Source: Octopus sinensis
Lineage: Eukaryota
NCBI RefSeq assembly: GCF_006345805.1
Contig: NC_043024.1
Location: 14,818,001-14,882,000, forward strand
DNA length: 64,000 nt
Direction of reading: 5' to 3'
The notes under the pieces were generated by a model. It did not search any database. It saw nothing but the letters and a program-made list of their open reading frames with translations, and was not told the DNA's origin. This document shows positions 36,871 to 48,889 of the stretch, one piece after another (positions within the stretch are counted from its first letter, which is position 1; every line of letters starts with the position of its first letter). A program made the translations under genes and the position numbers.

Positions 36871-38876
36871 AATTATTTACTTTGTGTAAAAAAAATTATT
36901 TATTTTGTGTTTTATTTACTTTGCTAGGTAGTCGTTAGAGGATCGACTAGTCACGACTAGCTTGCGCGTGTGCGCACACCGGGACCACTCTTCTTAAATA
37001 GTACCTCGAAATGAAATGTTTTGATTTTGTCAAGTTATTATTGAAAGAATGCCCCAATTATCTTTTACTTGTTTCAGTCATTATTTTTTTCCTTAGTGAA
37101 AATCATGGATGAAAGGATCGAAATTTACCCTTATTTCTTAAGCATAATCCTTGTTCTGTCGGTCTCTTTTGTCGAACCACTATTTCACAGAGATGCAAAT
37201 ACACCAATAGCGGTTGTCAAGTGGTGATGGGTGACAGACACACACACACACACAGGGTTCTTTCAGTTTCTGTCTACCAGATCCACTCACAAGGCTTTGG
37301 TCAGCAAAAGTAGAAGACACTTGTCCAAGGTGCCACACAGTGGGACTAAACCCTGGAACCATGTGGTTTGACCCACCATAAATCCCAAATTTTATTTTGG
37401 TACTTATGGGAGCAACTGTCTTCGAAGACTCCTATTGTCGTTCAATGCTCAAAATGAGGAGCAGATAGATAGCCAACAACTGATGAAGGGTCGTTCTTTG
37501 TGTTACTTGTCCTGTCTTCCACTTGTTTCTCTCGTTCTTTGCATATTGAACTCATTTGTTTGCCTGTGGCACGTTAAAAGCACCAATCGATCGTGCCCGC
37601 TGCCAGACTCCCCTGGCACCTGTGCCGGTGGCACGTAAAAAGCACCCACTACACTCACGGAGTGGTTGGCGTTAGGAAGGGCATCCAGCTGTAGAAACAC
37701 TGCCAGATCAGACTGGAGCCTGGTGCAGCCTCCTGGCTTCCCAGACCCCGGTCGAACTGTCCAACCCGTGCTAGCACGGAAAACGGACGTTAAACGATGA
37801 TGATGATGATGATATATATATTTCGTTATTGTATTTGGTTTGCAAGAGTCTATGTGAATTTGAGTTTTGTATGTCTGGGGAGTGTCATTCTACTTTAATT
37901 CCCTATTAATTAACACAGCAGTTCAATTTCCACTCATTTACAACTATTGAAGAGGTTGCAAGATTCAACAAATATTTTAGAGGAGAAAATGAATAAATAA
38001 ATGGGTGAAAATTGAACGAGTGAGTGTGTTAATTAATAAGGCATTAAAACAGAATGACTTTCCCCAGATACAACCGCATATATATATATATATATATAAC
38101 TACACTCACGGAGTGGTTGGCGTTAGGAAGGGCATCTAGCTGTAGAAACATTGCCAGATAAGACTGGAGCCTGGTGCAGCCTTCTGGCTTCCCAGATCCC
38201 CGATCGAACCGTCCAACCCATGCTAGCATGGAGAACGGACGTTAAACGATGATGATGATGATGATGATATATATACATACATATATATACACACAGACAC
38301 ACATGACAGGCTTTTTTCAGTTTCCATCTACCAAATCATCTTACAAGACTTTGGTCGACTGGACTTGCCCAAGGTGCCAGGTGCCATGCACTGACTTTCA
38401 GACCTGTGTATATCATTTGTATTGCCATTGCAGCACATACTCTCACTCTCTCTCCCTCTCTCTCTCCCCGATACTTTTTTCGCCAACATCAGTCTCTCAC
38501 AGTCTGTTTTCTTCTTTTACAGTTATCCGTCGTGCTCCATTACAACTCAAAAGTCAAAGAATGTCAATTTCACCAGGATCTCTGCTACCAGTCATCTATG
38601 GATCTTCTGTAGTTTTAGCCTACATAGCTTCCTTTAATTGTATTTACATTTCTTAATGTAAAAATAGAAACCCTTTTATCTTTCAACAGTCTGTGTGCCA
38701 CTGCATAAGGCCCCAATCAACCTCAGAATTCTAGTGGTAAGGAGAAAATACAGCAACATTGCATATTTTCTACACATGTAAATAGAGTTTCAGGATATCC
38801 AAGAGAAGAAGCTAAAACATTTTAGGTTATACTCAGAGACATTTTTTCAACTTTTAAGAATTTCTTAAGAATTAAT

Positions 38877-39710
38877 ATGGAGGACGTTAATCGTTCGGAT
38901 ACATCCAACACAACTCTTCTTAACAACAAAGGTTCAGTTACACAGACATTCAGTGGAGAGAAAGCTTTACCTATCGGGACATTGACAATACAACAATTAT
39001 TACAAAGGAACATTCCTGAATATCGCTGTGAGATTTGTAGGGAAACTTTCCCTTCAGAATATGATGTCATTACACACAAGCAAATACACAGTAGGAAAAA
39101 ACCGTATTGTTGCGAAGTCTGTGGCAAATATTTTGTATCTAACAGTAAATTAACCAGACACAAACGACAACATACTGGGGAAAGGCCCTATCATTGTGAA
39201 ATTTGTGCAAAGTCGTTTGTTGATAACGGAGGTTTAAACAGGCACAAAAGGATCCATGCTGAGGACAAACATTATCGTTGTGAAGTGTGTGAGAAATCTT
39301 TTGTTTATAACAGTGACTTAACAAAACACAAACGTAGTCACACCGGAGAAAAACCGTTTCACTGTGAAATTTGTGGCAAATCATTCTCTGATAATTCGAG
39401 TCTTGTCATTCATGTCCGGTGCCACACCGGAGAGAAACCGTTCCACTGTGAAATATGCGGCAAGTGTTTCAGTGAAAATTCTAAGCTTACAATCCACATT
39501 CGTAGTCATACGGGAGAAAAACCATTTCCTTGCGAAATCTGTGGCAAGTCTTTCTCTGTTAATTCTCATCTTGTAGTCCACCGGAAAATTCACACTGGGG
39601 AAAAACCGTATCTCTGTGAGTATTGTGGGAAATCCTTTATCACGAACAGTCACTTAAAAACTCACAAATTAAAACACACAGGGGGGAAACCATTGAAACG
39701 TGAAGTGTGA
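38877..39710 (+). CDS. C2H2 zinc-finger protein (ZNF1), 277 aa, 8 fingers
   Basis: Intact ORF with eight C-x2-C-x12-H-x3-H motifs and TGEKP-type linkers; acceptor at 38688-89 upstream. Confidence 0.92.
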   Translation: MEDVNRSDTSNTTLLNNKGSVTQTFSGEKALPIGTLTIQQLLQRNIPEYRCEICRETFPSEYDVITHKQIHSRKKPYCCEVCGKYFVSNSKLTRHKRQHTGERPYHCEICAKSFVDNGGLNRHKRIHAEDKHYRCEVCEKSFVYNSDLTKHKRSHTGEKPFHCEICGKSFSDNSSLVIHVRCHTGEKPFHCEICGKCFSENSKLTIHIRSHTGEKPFPCEICGKSFSVNSHLVVHRKIHTGEKPYLCEYCGKSFITNSHLKTHKLKHTGGKPLKREV

Positions 39711-40374
39711 GAACATTTAATCAAGGTGGAATGGGTCAGAATTCATTCTCTTTCAACTTTCATCTTGGAGTCTATAAATTTGCTTCTTGTTTCAGAGGAG
39801 CCCTTTCACTACAATATGAAAATTTCTTAATTGTGAATTATAAACTTGGGTTGATAAATAAGTATAAACTGAATGGAAAAGAAAACTACATCAATGTGAA
39901 AAATGTCTCAGTTTGTAGTCGGTCATTGTGAAATATATTGGAGTCTTGCCATCCACAAATACACCTTGGAGTAAGATTTGGTCATTCTTATTTGTCAATA
40001 AGATTTCTTACAGAAACACGATCTCATTAGTCATACCAGAACAACATAGGTATAAAACCTTATAAAAATGAAATTTGCTGAAAATTATTCTCACTGAAAA
40101 GCTGTTATTAACTAATATATACGGGAAGAAAATATTATCAAGATATTCTCAATATATAGATGTAAAAAGAAATTTGTATACAAATCTTATCACAGTAATT
40201 TTTGTTGAAATAGTTACATTCATAATAAAAGCTAATTTTTAAAAAAATCTTTTCAATCTATATACTACTAAAACTCTCTGATTGCTTGCTTGTCTGTCAT
40301 TTAATATGGCCAAACTGGTACATAATGGGAAAATACTATGAATTAAGGTACCCCTGAAATACAAACAGAATAAA

Positions 40375-40760
40375 ACAATATTTACATTCAACGGATATTT
40401 GTCCTCATCTTGTTTGTTGTTAACACAACATTTTGGCTGATATACCCTCCAGCCTTCTTCAGGTGTCCTGGGGAAATTTCGAACCAGGGTTCTCATTCCT
40501 AAGGTATTTTTCGATGTTATTATTATTATTGTTAGTGTTCAGGTCACTGCCTGGAATCGAAGTTGGAATCTTGGGGTTTGTTGCCCGTGCTTTTAACCAC
40601 TACACCATATGCCTGTGGGCAATTATGGAGTGAATTTTAGGGCTTATAAATCTAATATTTTTCTATCCTTCCTTAATACTGGTTCCCATATGCTGCTCAT
40701 ATCTGATGAGGACAAATATCCATCGAATGTAAATAATGTACATAATTCCTCATCTCTTAA
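40375..40760 (-). mobile_element. Penelope-type 3' module with tRNA-like head, hammerhead-like motif and inverted partial terminus
   Basis: A box TGGTGTAGTGG and degraded B box ACTTCGATTCC; CTGAAGA core; the tail at 40380-40409 recurs inverted at 40705-40734. Confidence 0.6.
40422..40467 (-). ncRNA. Degenerate minimal type I hammerhead ribozyme motif
   Basis: GACAC-CUGAAGA-A-GGCUG(10-nt loop)CAGCC-AAAA-UGU-U-GUGUU; G12 and 15.2 deviate from consensus. Confidence 0.5.
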
Positions 40761-41485
40761 ACTGTTGAATAAAACAAGTTTTGCATAAATTGGACCATGG
40801 ATTCCTGAGATATGGGGTGGTTTGGGGGGTATTGATAAATACCCAAAACAGTGCATAATGTGAAAATTTTCTGAAAATAGCATCACCCTGAAAGGAAAGA
40901 AACTCTAGCCTTTCAATTAGAGACATGATCAATGTCTTCTGTATTTTGAAGACAAACTTCACAACCTGGGCAAGGGCAAAAGTCTTAGTTAAAACTGGCC
41001 AAGTTAACAAATCTGATTAGTCAGCTTATAGTCAGTCATTGTGAAATATATTGGAGTTTTGCAATCCACAAATACACCTTGGAGTATTTCACTTTTGTTA
41101 AACACAATATTTTAGTCATTTAGAAATATTTTTGGATTTTGATTTCAAAAATACAAATTGCTTGTATAGTAATTATTTATATTTTAGCTTTCTTTAACCC
41201 CTTACCCGGCAGAAATGAATATATGCGTTTTGACCGAAATCGTTTTTTTCTATCTCTGGCGAGTTAACTCGTCAAAATCGACAGCAAACGAGTTCCTTCG
41301 TCTAAAAACGGGTTAACTCGTTTCTGCCCAAAGCGGTAATTTAAAATCAATATTATTGAATTAAAATTCATAATAAATAAGGTTTGAAATATACCTTGAA
41401 ATCACCATTCAAAACATAGTAAAATAAAACAATAAAAAAATATGTCTGAAAAAATACATTTATTTTGTTTTTTAATTATTTTCGG

Positions 41486-42075
41486 TAAATAATTTTTTTC
41501 CATGGGTTTTCCCGAGTGCATTCAGTATATCTCATCTCCAAACCTGCCACAAGCCATTTTTTTCCAGAAAAGAAAGGGGTGGAAGGGTGATGGGGACCTC
41601 TGAGTTTCCCACCAATGGAGTTTTGTTTCGTAGCTTTTTTTTTTCTTTCCCAGGTTATTTCACATGCTTTCAATGCATGTGACATTGAAATTACGCATAA
41701 ATGGCCCCTTTCCCCAGAAAAGGACAGATCTGGCTACTATTTCTAGCATGTCCTGCTACCACGTAACAGCTGTTTGCAATATAGGACCCGAAACAGGTAT
41801 TACATGGTAACAGGGCATGCTAGAAATAGCAGCCAAACCTTTGTTTTTTGGCGAAAGGAGCAGTTTACATGTGATTTCAATGTCACATTTGTTGAAAGCA
41901 TGTGAAATAACCTGGAAAAGAAAAAGAAACCCATGAAACAAAATTCCATTGGTGGGAAACTCCAAGGTCTCCGCCATCCTTCCCCCTTTTCTTTACTGGC
42001 AGAAAGTGGCTTGCAGTGGGTTTGGAAGTGAGATTATGTTGAATGCACTTGAAAAACTCGTGGAAAAAATTATTT
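41486..42075. repeat. Imperfect ~590-bp foldback
   Basis: 41490-41770 matches the reverse complement of 41805-42075, visibly diverged. Confidence 0.85.
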
Positions 42076-42589
42076 CACACCAAAGTACGAACAGGTCCTT
42101 TATGAAATACTTACCCAAGACCGGTACAGGCATGTGAATAGAAGGATCAATGAGACCGATAAAGCAAGGGCTGAGCATCTAGCGAAACAGAGAGAAAGAG
42201 ACAGAAGCAGAAGAGATCAGGAATCGGATGCTCATGTGAATACAAATGGAATATTTGGTCATTAAGTATGAAATTTGTAGAAAACAAAGTTTGCTAATGA
42301 AAAGTTTTATTCATCAAAGTATGCACCTATATTGTCAATACACTTTCGCCATTTCAGTGGCAGCTTGTCCAGCCCGGAACTGTAAAAGCCTGGCAATCTA
42401 GAGTCAATATAATCTTGGAAGGCCTGTTTTACTGCATCATCAGAATTAAATTTTTTTTCCTATCAAAAAGTTATCCAAATTCTGGAAGAAGTGGTAGTCA
42501 GTGGGGGCAAGATCAGGTGAGTATTGTGGATGATGGAGAACTTCCAACTCCAACTCCTGTAGGTTTGCCAGTGTCATTTTTGCAATGTT

Positions 42590-43330
42590 GGGTCTGGCGT
42601 TGTCTTGCAATAAAATAGGAATGGATCTGTTGACTAATCTAGGCTGTTTTTTTTTTTTGTAAGTTTCTGCATTATTTGGTCCAGTTGGCTGCAGTATACT
42701 TCGGTCGTGATTGATGCATAAGGTTTAATGAAATCATAATGGACCTGCACCAGATCACCAAACACACACCATCAGCTTCTTTTGATGAATTTTGCTTTTG
42801 GGATTGCATTTTGGTGGCTCATCTTTGTCCAGCCATTGTACTGAACATTTACGGTTGTTGTATTGGATCCATTTCTCATCACATGTCACAATTCAATTAA
42901 AAAATTATTGATTTTTGTGACAAGAAAGTAGCATAATGCAGGCTTCCAAATGTTGCTGTTTCTGATTTCCATTGAGTTCATGTGGAACCCACTTATCCTA
43001 CTTTTTTACTTCACCGATTTGAACTAGGTGAGTCAATATCGTTTACTTGCTAACACTAAACAACAACGATAATTCATGGGCACTTAAAGATGGATCTGAC
43101 TCAACGGTGGCTTTCAGTTTGTCATTATCCACCTTTGTTTCTGGTTGACCACATTGCTCATTTGTGAGGTCAAAGTTACCAGAATGAAATTTTGCAAACC
43201 AATTTGATACTGTCTGCTGTGTAACAACATTAGAAGGAAATACTCCATTAATATTCCAAGCTGTCTGTGATACTTTATTTCCAAGAAAGAACTCATATTT
43301 CAAAACTACAGATTTCTGACTTACCCAGCT
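42590..43330 (-). mobile_element. Mariner transposase relic
   Basis: HTH (TVSNWFAKFHSGNFDL), KWVPHEL and VTCDEKW motifs, with stops. Confidence 0.85.
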
Positions 43331-43871
43331 CTAAACAAAAATAGCCAAAAAACGATTTATAAATACTGTATATAAAGTGCAAAATGAGTTAGAATAAAGA
43401 AATAGATGTCAGCTTTCTAACAAAAAATAAAGATTGTCAAAATATAATAATGGTGTAAAATGAGAAGCTGTCAAAGTTTACCATATACCTTACTACAAAT
43501 GTCATACTTGCCAACCTAATAAAACAAGTTTCACATAAATTAGACCATAGGTTACCAAGATGTGTAGTACCTTTATAAACAGCCAAACTGGCGTATAATG
43601 GGGAAAATGCTTTGAAAGTAAGGTACCATTGAAGTGTGGATACAAGCAGAATAACCTAAGCTTTGCATAAATTGGACCACAGATTCCCAAGATATGCGGT
43701 TTTTTCAGGTACCTTGAACCATTGGTGACCGAAGAGGTCACAGGTAATCTAGTTTTCAATTAAAACTGAATTTCTTATTAAACTATTTGTTGGATGTTAT
43801 TTTCTGAAAGGAGCCTGGTTTCCGTTATTTAGGATATGCAATCCTACATACAATTAGACTTGATAATTTTC

Positions 43872-44300
43872 ATTGCATGTATTAAAATACATAGGCGCAG
43901 GAGTGGCTGTGTGGTAAGTAGCTTGCTAACCAACCACATGGTTCCGGGTTCAGTCCCACTGCGTGGCATCTTGGGCAAGTGTCTTCTGCTATAGCCCCGG
44001 GCCGACCAATGCCTTGTGAGTGGATTTGGTAGACAGAAACTGAAAGAAGCCTGTCGTATATATATATATATATGTTTGTGTGTGGGGGGGTTGTGTGTCT
44101 GTGTTTGTCCCCCTAGCATTGCTTGACAACCTATGCTGGTGTGTTTATGTCCCCGTCACTTAGCGGTTCGGCAAAAGAGACCGATAGAATAAGTACTGGG
44201 CTTACAAAGAATAAGTCCCGGGGTCGATTTGATCGATTAAAGGTGGTGCTCCAGCATGGCCACAGTCAAATGACTGAAACAAGTAAAAGAGAGTAAAGAG
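43872..44300 (+). mobile_element. SINE family A
   Basis: Full-length body. Confidence 0.85.
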
Positions 44301-44399
44301 TATCTAGATAAAAGAAAATAAACAACAGGTACTTTAGTGTTCTAATAAGTTGGATATAAAGATTCCTTTTGGTACTAATACTGCTTCCATCACTAATTA

Positions 44400-44810
44400 A
44401 TTTTTAACAACAGATAAGATAGTGTTAATATATTTAACACTAAACGTCCCCAAAGTCCGTCCCCTCCTCACTGTGGTGGGGACGCTGGCAACGGGTAGTA
44501 TCAGAGCTATGCCATCGGGAACTTTGGTTCCTGGTAGGGTCACCCAAGGCGGATTGGTCTGACACCGAGTAGTATTAGGGTCACAACCTGGCAGACGGGG
44601 CTCTGGTGAAAATCCTCGGAGTGTCTGCTTCGGCAACCGGCGGCTCCTCGGTCGTTCTGTCCCTGCGTCTGCGGACAATCTGCGGCAAACAGAATGTCTC
44701 TACATGCGGGATTGTTGGGGACCGCTTGTGAAATCCACATATTCCAACAAAACTTCTTCCAAAGAAGAAGCCGACTCAACCCGCCCAGGGTGAATGTCGC
44801 CACAAGTAAG
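44400..44810 (-). mobile_element. Probable LINE (RTE-like) 5'UTR and start of endonuclease
   Basis: GC-rich GGTCACCCTACCAGGAACCAAAGTTCCCGATGGCATAGCTC followed by TLGTFSVK (GTxNV-like). Confidence 0.4.
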
Positions 44811-45604
44811 TAAAAAGTACAATATATTTAATGCAGGGAGTCTTAATGTTAACAATGTGACATTGAACTACTCTTATCCTTACCAAACCTCCCTGTGTCG
44901 CTCAGTGGGGACATAAAGTGCAACCATTCCAATACTGCTGGCTACTAGCCTATTTCACTGGTTTGAAACTATCACCTTGCATATTTAACTTTTTCTTATC
45001 AGGCACCACCAGTATAGCTAACCCTAACCCCTAATCTCTAACTAGATATATCAGAGATTTGCTTTCATACATTGCATACTTGTAGTCTCTCTCTCTCTCA
45101 CACACTCTACTTCAAGAATTTTTTTATTTATGTACCCTTTTCAAGCCTAGCCAGGGTCATGGACCCGGTTTCCGTGGTGTATGCACCCCCCCCCCCCGCT
45201 GGATGGGATGCCAGTCCATCGCAGCGTTACTCAAGAAACAGGAAGAGAGAGTGAGAGAAAGCTGGGGCGAAAGAGTACAACAGGGGTCGCCACTCCCCCC
45301 TGCCATAGCCTCGAGCTTTTAGGTGTTTTCACTCAATAAACACACACAATGCCCAGTCTGGGAATCGAAACCGTGATCCTCTGACCGCAAGTCTGCTGCC
45401 CTAACCGCTGGCCATTGCACCTTCACTTCAAGAATACTTTAACAAAAGTATAGTATGTGCTTTGTATGAAATCATTTTGACAAAATTACTCTCATCTCTT
45501 GAATCAGGAATTTCTTGTTAGCTAAACTACTGTATTACTGCAACGGTATTCTCTATATTTTATCAAACTTTCTGTACTTCAGTTTTTTTTATAATAATAA
45601 TAAT

Positions 45605-46170
45605 AATGAAATTATTGTATACAGTGCTCAGGTGCACCACACCACAACTTGTCAAAAGTGTGTATAAAGCATATGCAGTAATGTACAAATGTCTGGGAAG
45701 TGAACAGTGTATGAGTCAGATACATGCTTGTGTGTGTATGGAGGAGAGAAAATCAGGTGTAATGTTGGCGAATCTCAGGAAGCATGGAAGTTTTGAAGGA
45801 TGCAGTGCTCCGACAACTAACAACTGATGCTGGCAGTCTGTTCCATGCTTCAGCAACTCTCAGCATGAAAAAATGTTTCCGAAAGTCATGGGAGCTGTGC
45901 TGTTTTCTGACCTTGTAAACATGACCACGGGTGTTAGATGGGTGGAGTTTGAAAAGGTGCTCAGAGTTATTGTTTGTACGATAGGTAATAATTTCATGGG
46001 TGTCTGCCAAGTAAGCTGCCAGACGTCAGAGTTTCAATGTATCCATGCCCAAGGAAGTAAGGCGTTTAGAATATGGCAAATGCTTGATGGAGGGTATTCT
46101 CTTGGTTGCACATCACTGAACGGTTTCCAGATGATTAATATCCTGGGCAAGATAGGGGTTCCAGACCGAT
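45605..46170 (-). mobile_element. CR1 LINE 3' fragment
   Basis: Reverse complement of 28215-28775. Confidence 0.88.
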
Positions 46171-47111
46171 GATGCATTAAGTTAATTTAGGTTAAACAGC
46201 AGTGTCTCTCTCACCCTTCCAACCATATAAAAACTCAATGTATGGATATGTTTAGAAAGGAATGTGTATAGATAAAGACACCCTACATTCTTCTGTAACC
46301 TTTCCTATATAAACATCAACTATAATAATAAAGGGTAAAATTAATTAATTAATAATTTTACCAAGTAGTTCTTCGGTATGTTAAAAGAACCATTATCGGT
46401 ATACTTAAACAAAAATTTTTATAATTAGGAGTATATTTATAATTAGGGTTCAGCAAAAACTTTGCTTCGGGTGGATTCGTTATTTTTTTCTCTTTGCCTG
46501 TATGGGTTGTTGAGTATTGTTGTCTGGGAGATTTTCTTATGGTAGGGAAATAGCTAGTTTTAACTGCTATTTCTAAATTTCGGTATGTGGTGAAGCAAAT
46601 TTTTTGCTGAACCCTAATTATAATTATACTCATAATTATAAAAATTTTTGTTTAAACATCAGCTATATGTATCTTTCAACACTTTATACCAGATATGTAT
46701 CACTTTATGAGTCGAAACAGAGCTACAACGCTACACCTACATATAATCTAGTCCTATTCAATATTGAGATACAAGTTCCCTCCCTAACCATATTGACCTT
46801 GAGCTGTCAACTTACAACTATTCAAAGACATTAACTGCATAGAACTCACTGGTCTGTGAGGGCCTGCAATGATCATGGAAACACCCCCTTCCACCAAACC
46901 AAACCAATAAAAAATGGACCAGGCGCAGGAGTGGCTGTGTGGTAAGCAGCTTACTTACCAACTACATGGTTCTGGGTTCAGTCCCACTGCGTGGCACCTT
47001 GGGCAAGTGTCTTCTACTATAGCCTCGGGTCAACCAAAGCCTTGTGAGTGGATTTGGTAGACGGAAACTGAAAGAAGCCCATCGTATATATGTTGGTTGT
47101 CAAGCGATGTT

Positions 47112-47300
47112 GGATCCATGGAATAAGCTGCCGGACGAGATAGTGAAGATGCCGACGACCGCTCGGTTCAAAGTATCCCTTGACCACAAGTGGCCTGAAC
47201 TCTTTACATGAACACCACCCTGTACATAACTCCATATCCCCCTACATGGACTTGCTTTTTGCTTTTTGAGCCAAAAACTTAACTAACTAACTAACTTCAT
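47112..47300 (+). mobile_element. CR1 3' end, different subfamily
   Basis: WNKLPDEIVKMPTTARFKVSLDHKW; (CTAA)n tail. Confidence 0.6.
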
Positions 47301-48889
47301 TGACCACAGTGCTCAATTGGGGCTTGTTTCATTGACCCTGAAAAAATGAAAGAAAAATGTCAACCTCAGCAGAATATGAACTCAGAATGACGGACAGATG
47401 AAATGCTGCTAAGCATAAAAAATACTTCTTTTATTGACTTGAAAAGGACAAAAGTCAGTCAGCTTCTGTGGAATTTGAACTCTGAATGTAAAGACGGATA
47501 AAATGGAACTAAGCACTTTGCCCATACAGTGAATGATTCTGCCACCTTAACAACAATAATACTCAACTATAGGCACAAGGCTTGAAATTGTGGGGTAGGG
47601 CAGCTATTCGATTATATTGACTCCAGTGCTGGCAGAATCGTTAGCACGCCGGGCGAAATGCATAGCCGTATTTCGTCTGCCATTATACGTTCTGAGTTCA
47701 AATTTCGCCAAGTTCGACTTTGCCTTTCATCCTTTCGGGGTCGATAAATTAAGTACCAGTGGCACACTGGGGTCGATGTAATCGACTTAATCCATTTGTC
47801 TGTCCTTGTTTGTCCCCTCTGTGTTTAGCCCCTTGTGGGTAGTAAAGAAATATATATTGACTCCAGTGCATTACTGGTACTTAAGGCGGTGAGCTGGCAG
47901 AAATGTTAGCACGCCGGGCTAAATACTTTCTGGTATTTCGTCCACCGCTACGTTGACCCCAGTTCATAACTGGTACTTATTTAATCGACCCTGAAAGGAT
48001 GAAAGGCAAAGTCGACCTCGGCGGAATTTGAACTCAGAACGTAGTGGCAGACGAAATACTGCTAAGCATTTCATCCAGTGTGCTAATGATTCTGCCAGCT
48101 CGCTGCCTTAATAATAATTTTTTTTGTTTTGTCATTTGACCAATTTATGCATAGAATACATGATAAAATTTTGCAAGGAGGTACATACAAAAATCATAAA
48201 TTGAAAAGAACATTAAGATGTCTCAATAAAGATAATGTATTAAGGCATGTTAACAATTTTTTTAATTACACAAATAAATGAACATATGAATAACTGAGTA
48301 CAATACAAACACAAAATGATTGGATGTTTTCAGAGTTGCTGAGTTTCTCAGACAGTGAAGGACTGTACAATTGGTAGTCCTCTCTAAGCCATTTTAGCAA
48401 GGAAAAAGAGATATTAAGATGGTGATGGTGGTGGTGGATATGTCTATATAGATAGATCTGAAGGGAAGTAGGACTTCAGTTCTATTTAATGTCTAGGAAT
48501 AATTAGCCGCAGAGGAATCCATTAACTGTTGTTGTTTTAGCCCTTGGTCTGCTATGATCAAAGATGTCCTTCAAATATGACCATCCTGTCCATTTTTAAT
48601 TTTTTATTTTCAAATTCATTCCACCCTTTTTTTAAAACAGTAGGATATACTAAAAGAGATTCTGCAGTCAGACTTCGCCTGTCTTCCAAGAAAGAGATTT
48701 ATTATTCTATATATCTTTGAAGGCACAAAACCAGCAGATAATTTGTTTATAAGCAGAAAAATTGACAACAATATCTTCACTTGTAGGTCAGCAACTTTCA
48801 GAGAAGCTCCAATTTTTCTTTTACTAGTCTCAGCTCAAGAGCTGCAGCCATGCTAGCTATATAGCTATAGCTCTCTCTCTATATATATA

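Noticed and set aside
40702-40735. Second hammerhead at CTGATGAG on the + strand
   Set aside because: No downstream stem II or GAAA; the motif sits at the inversion junction.
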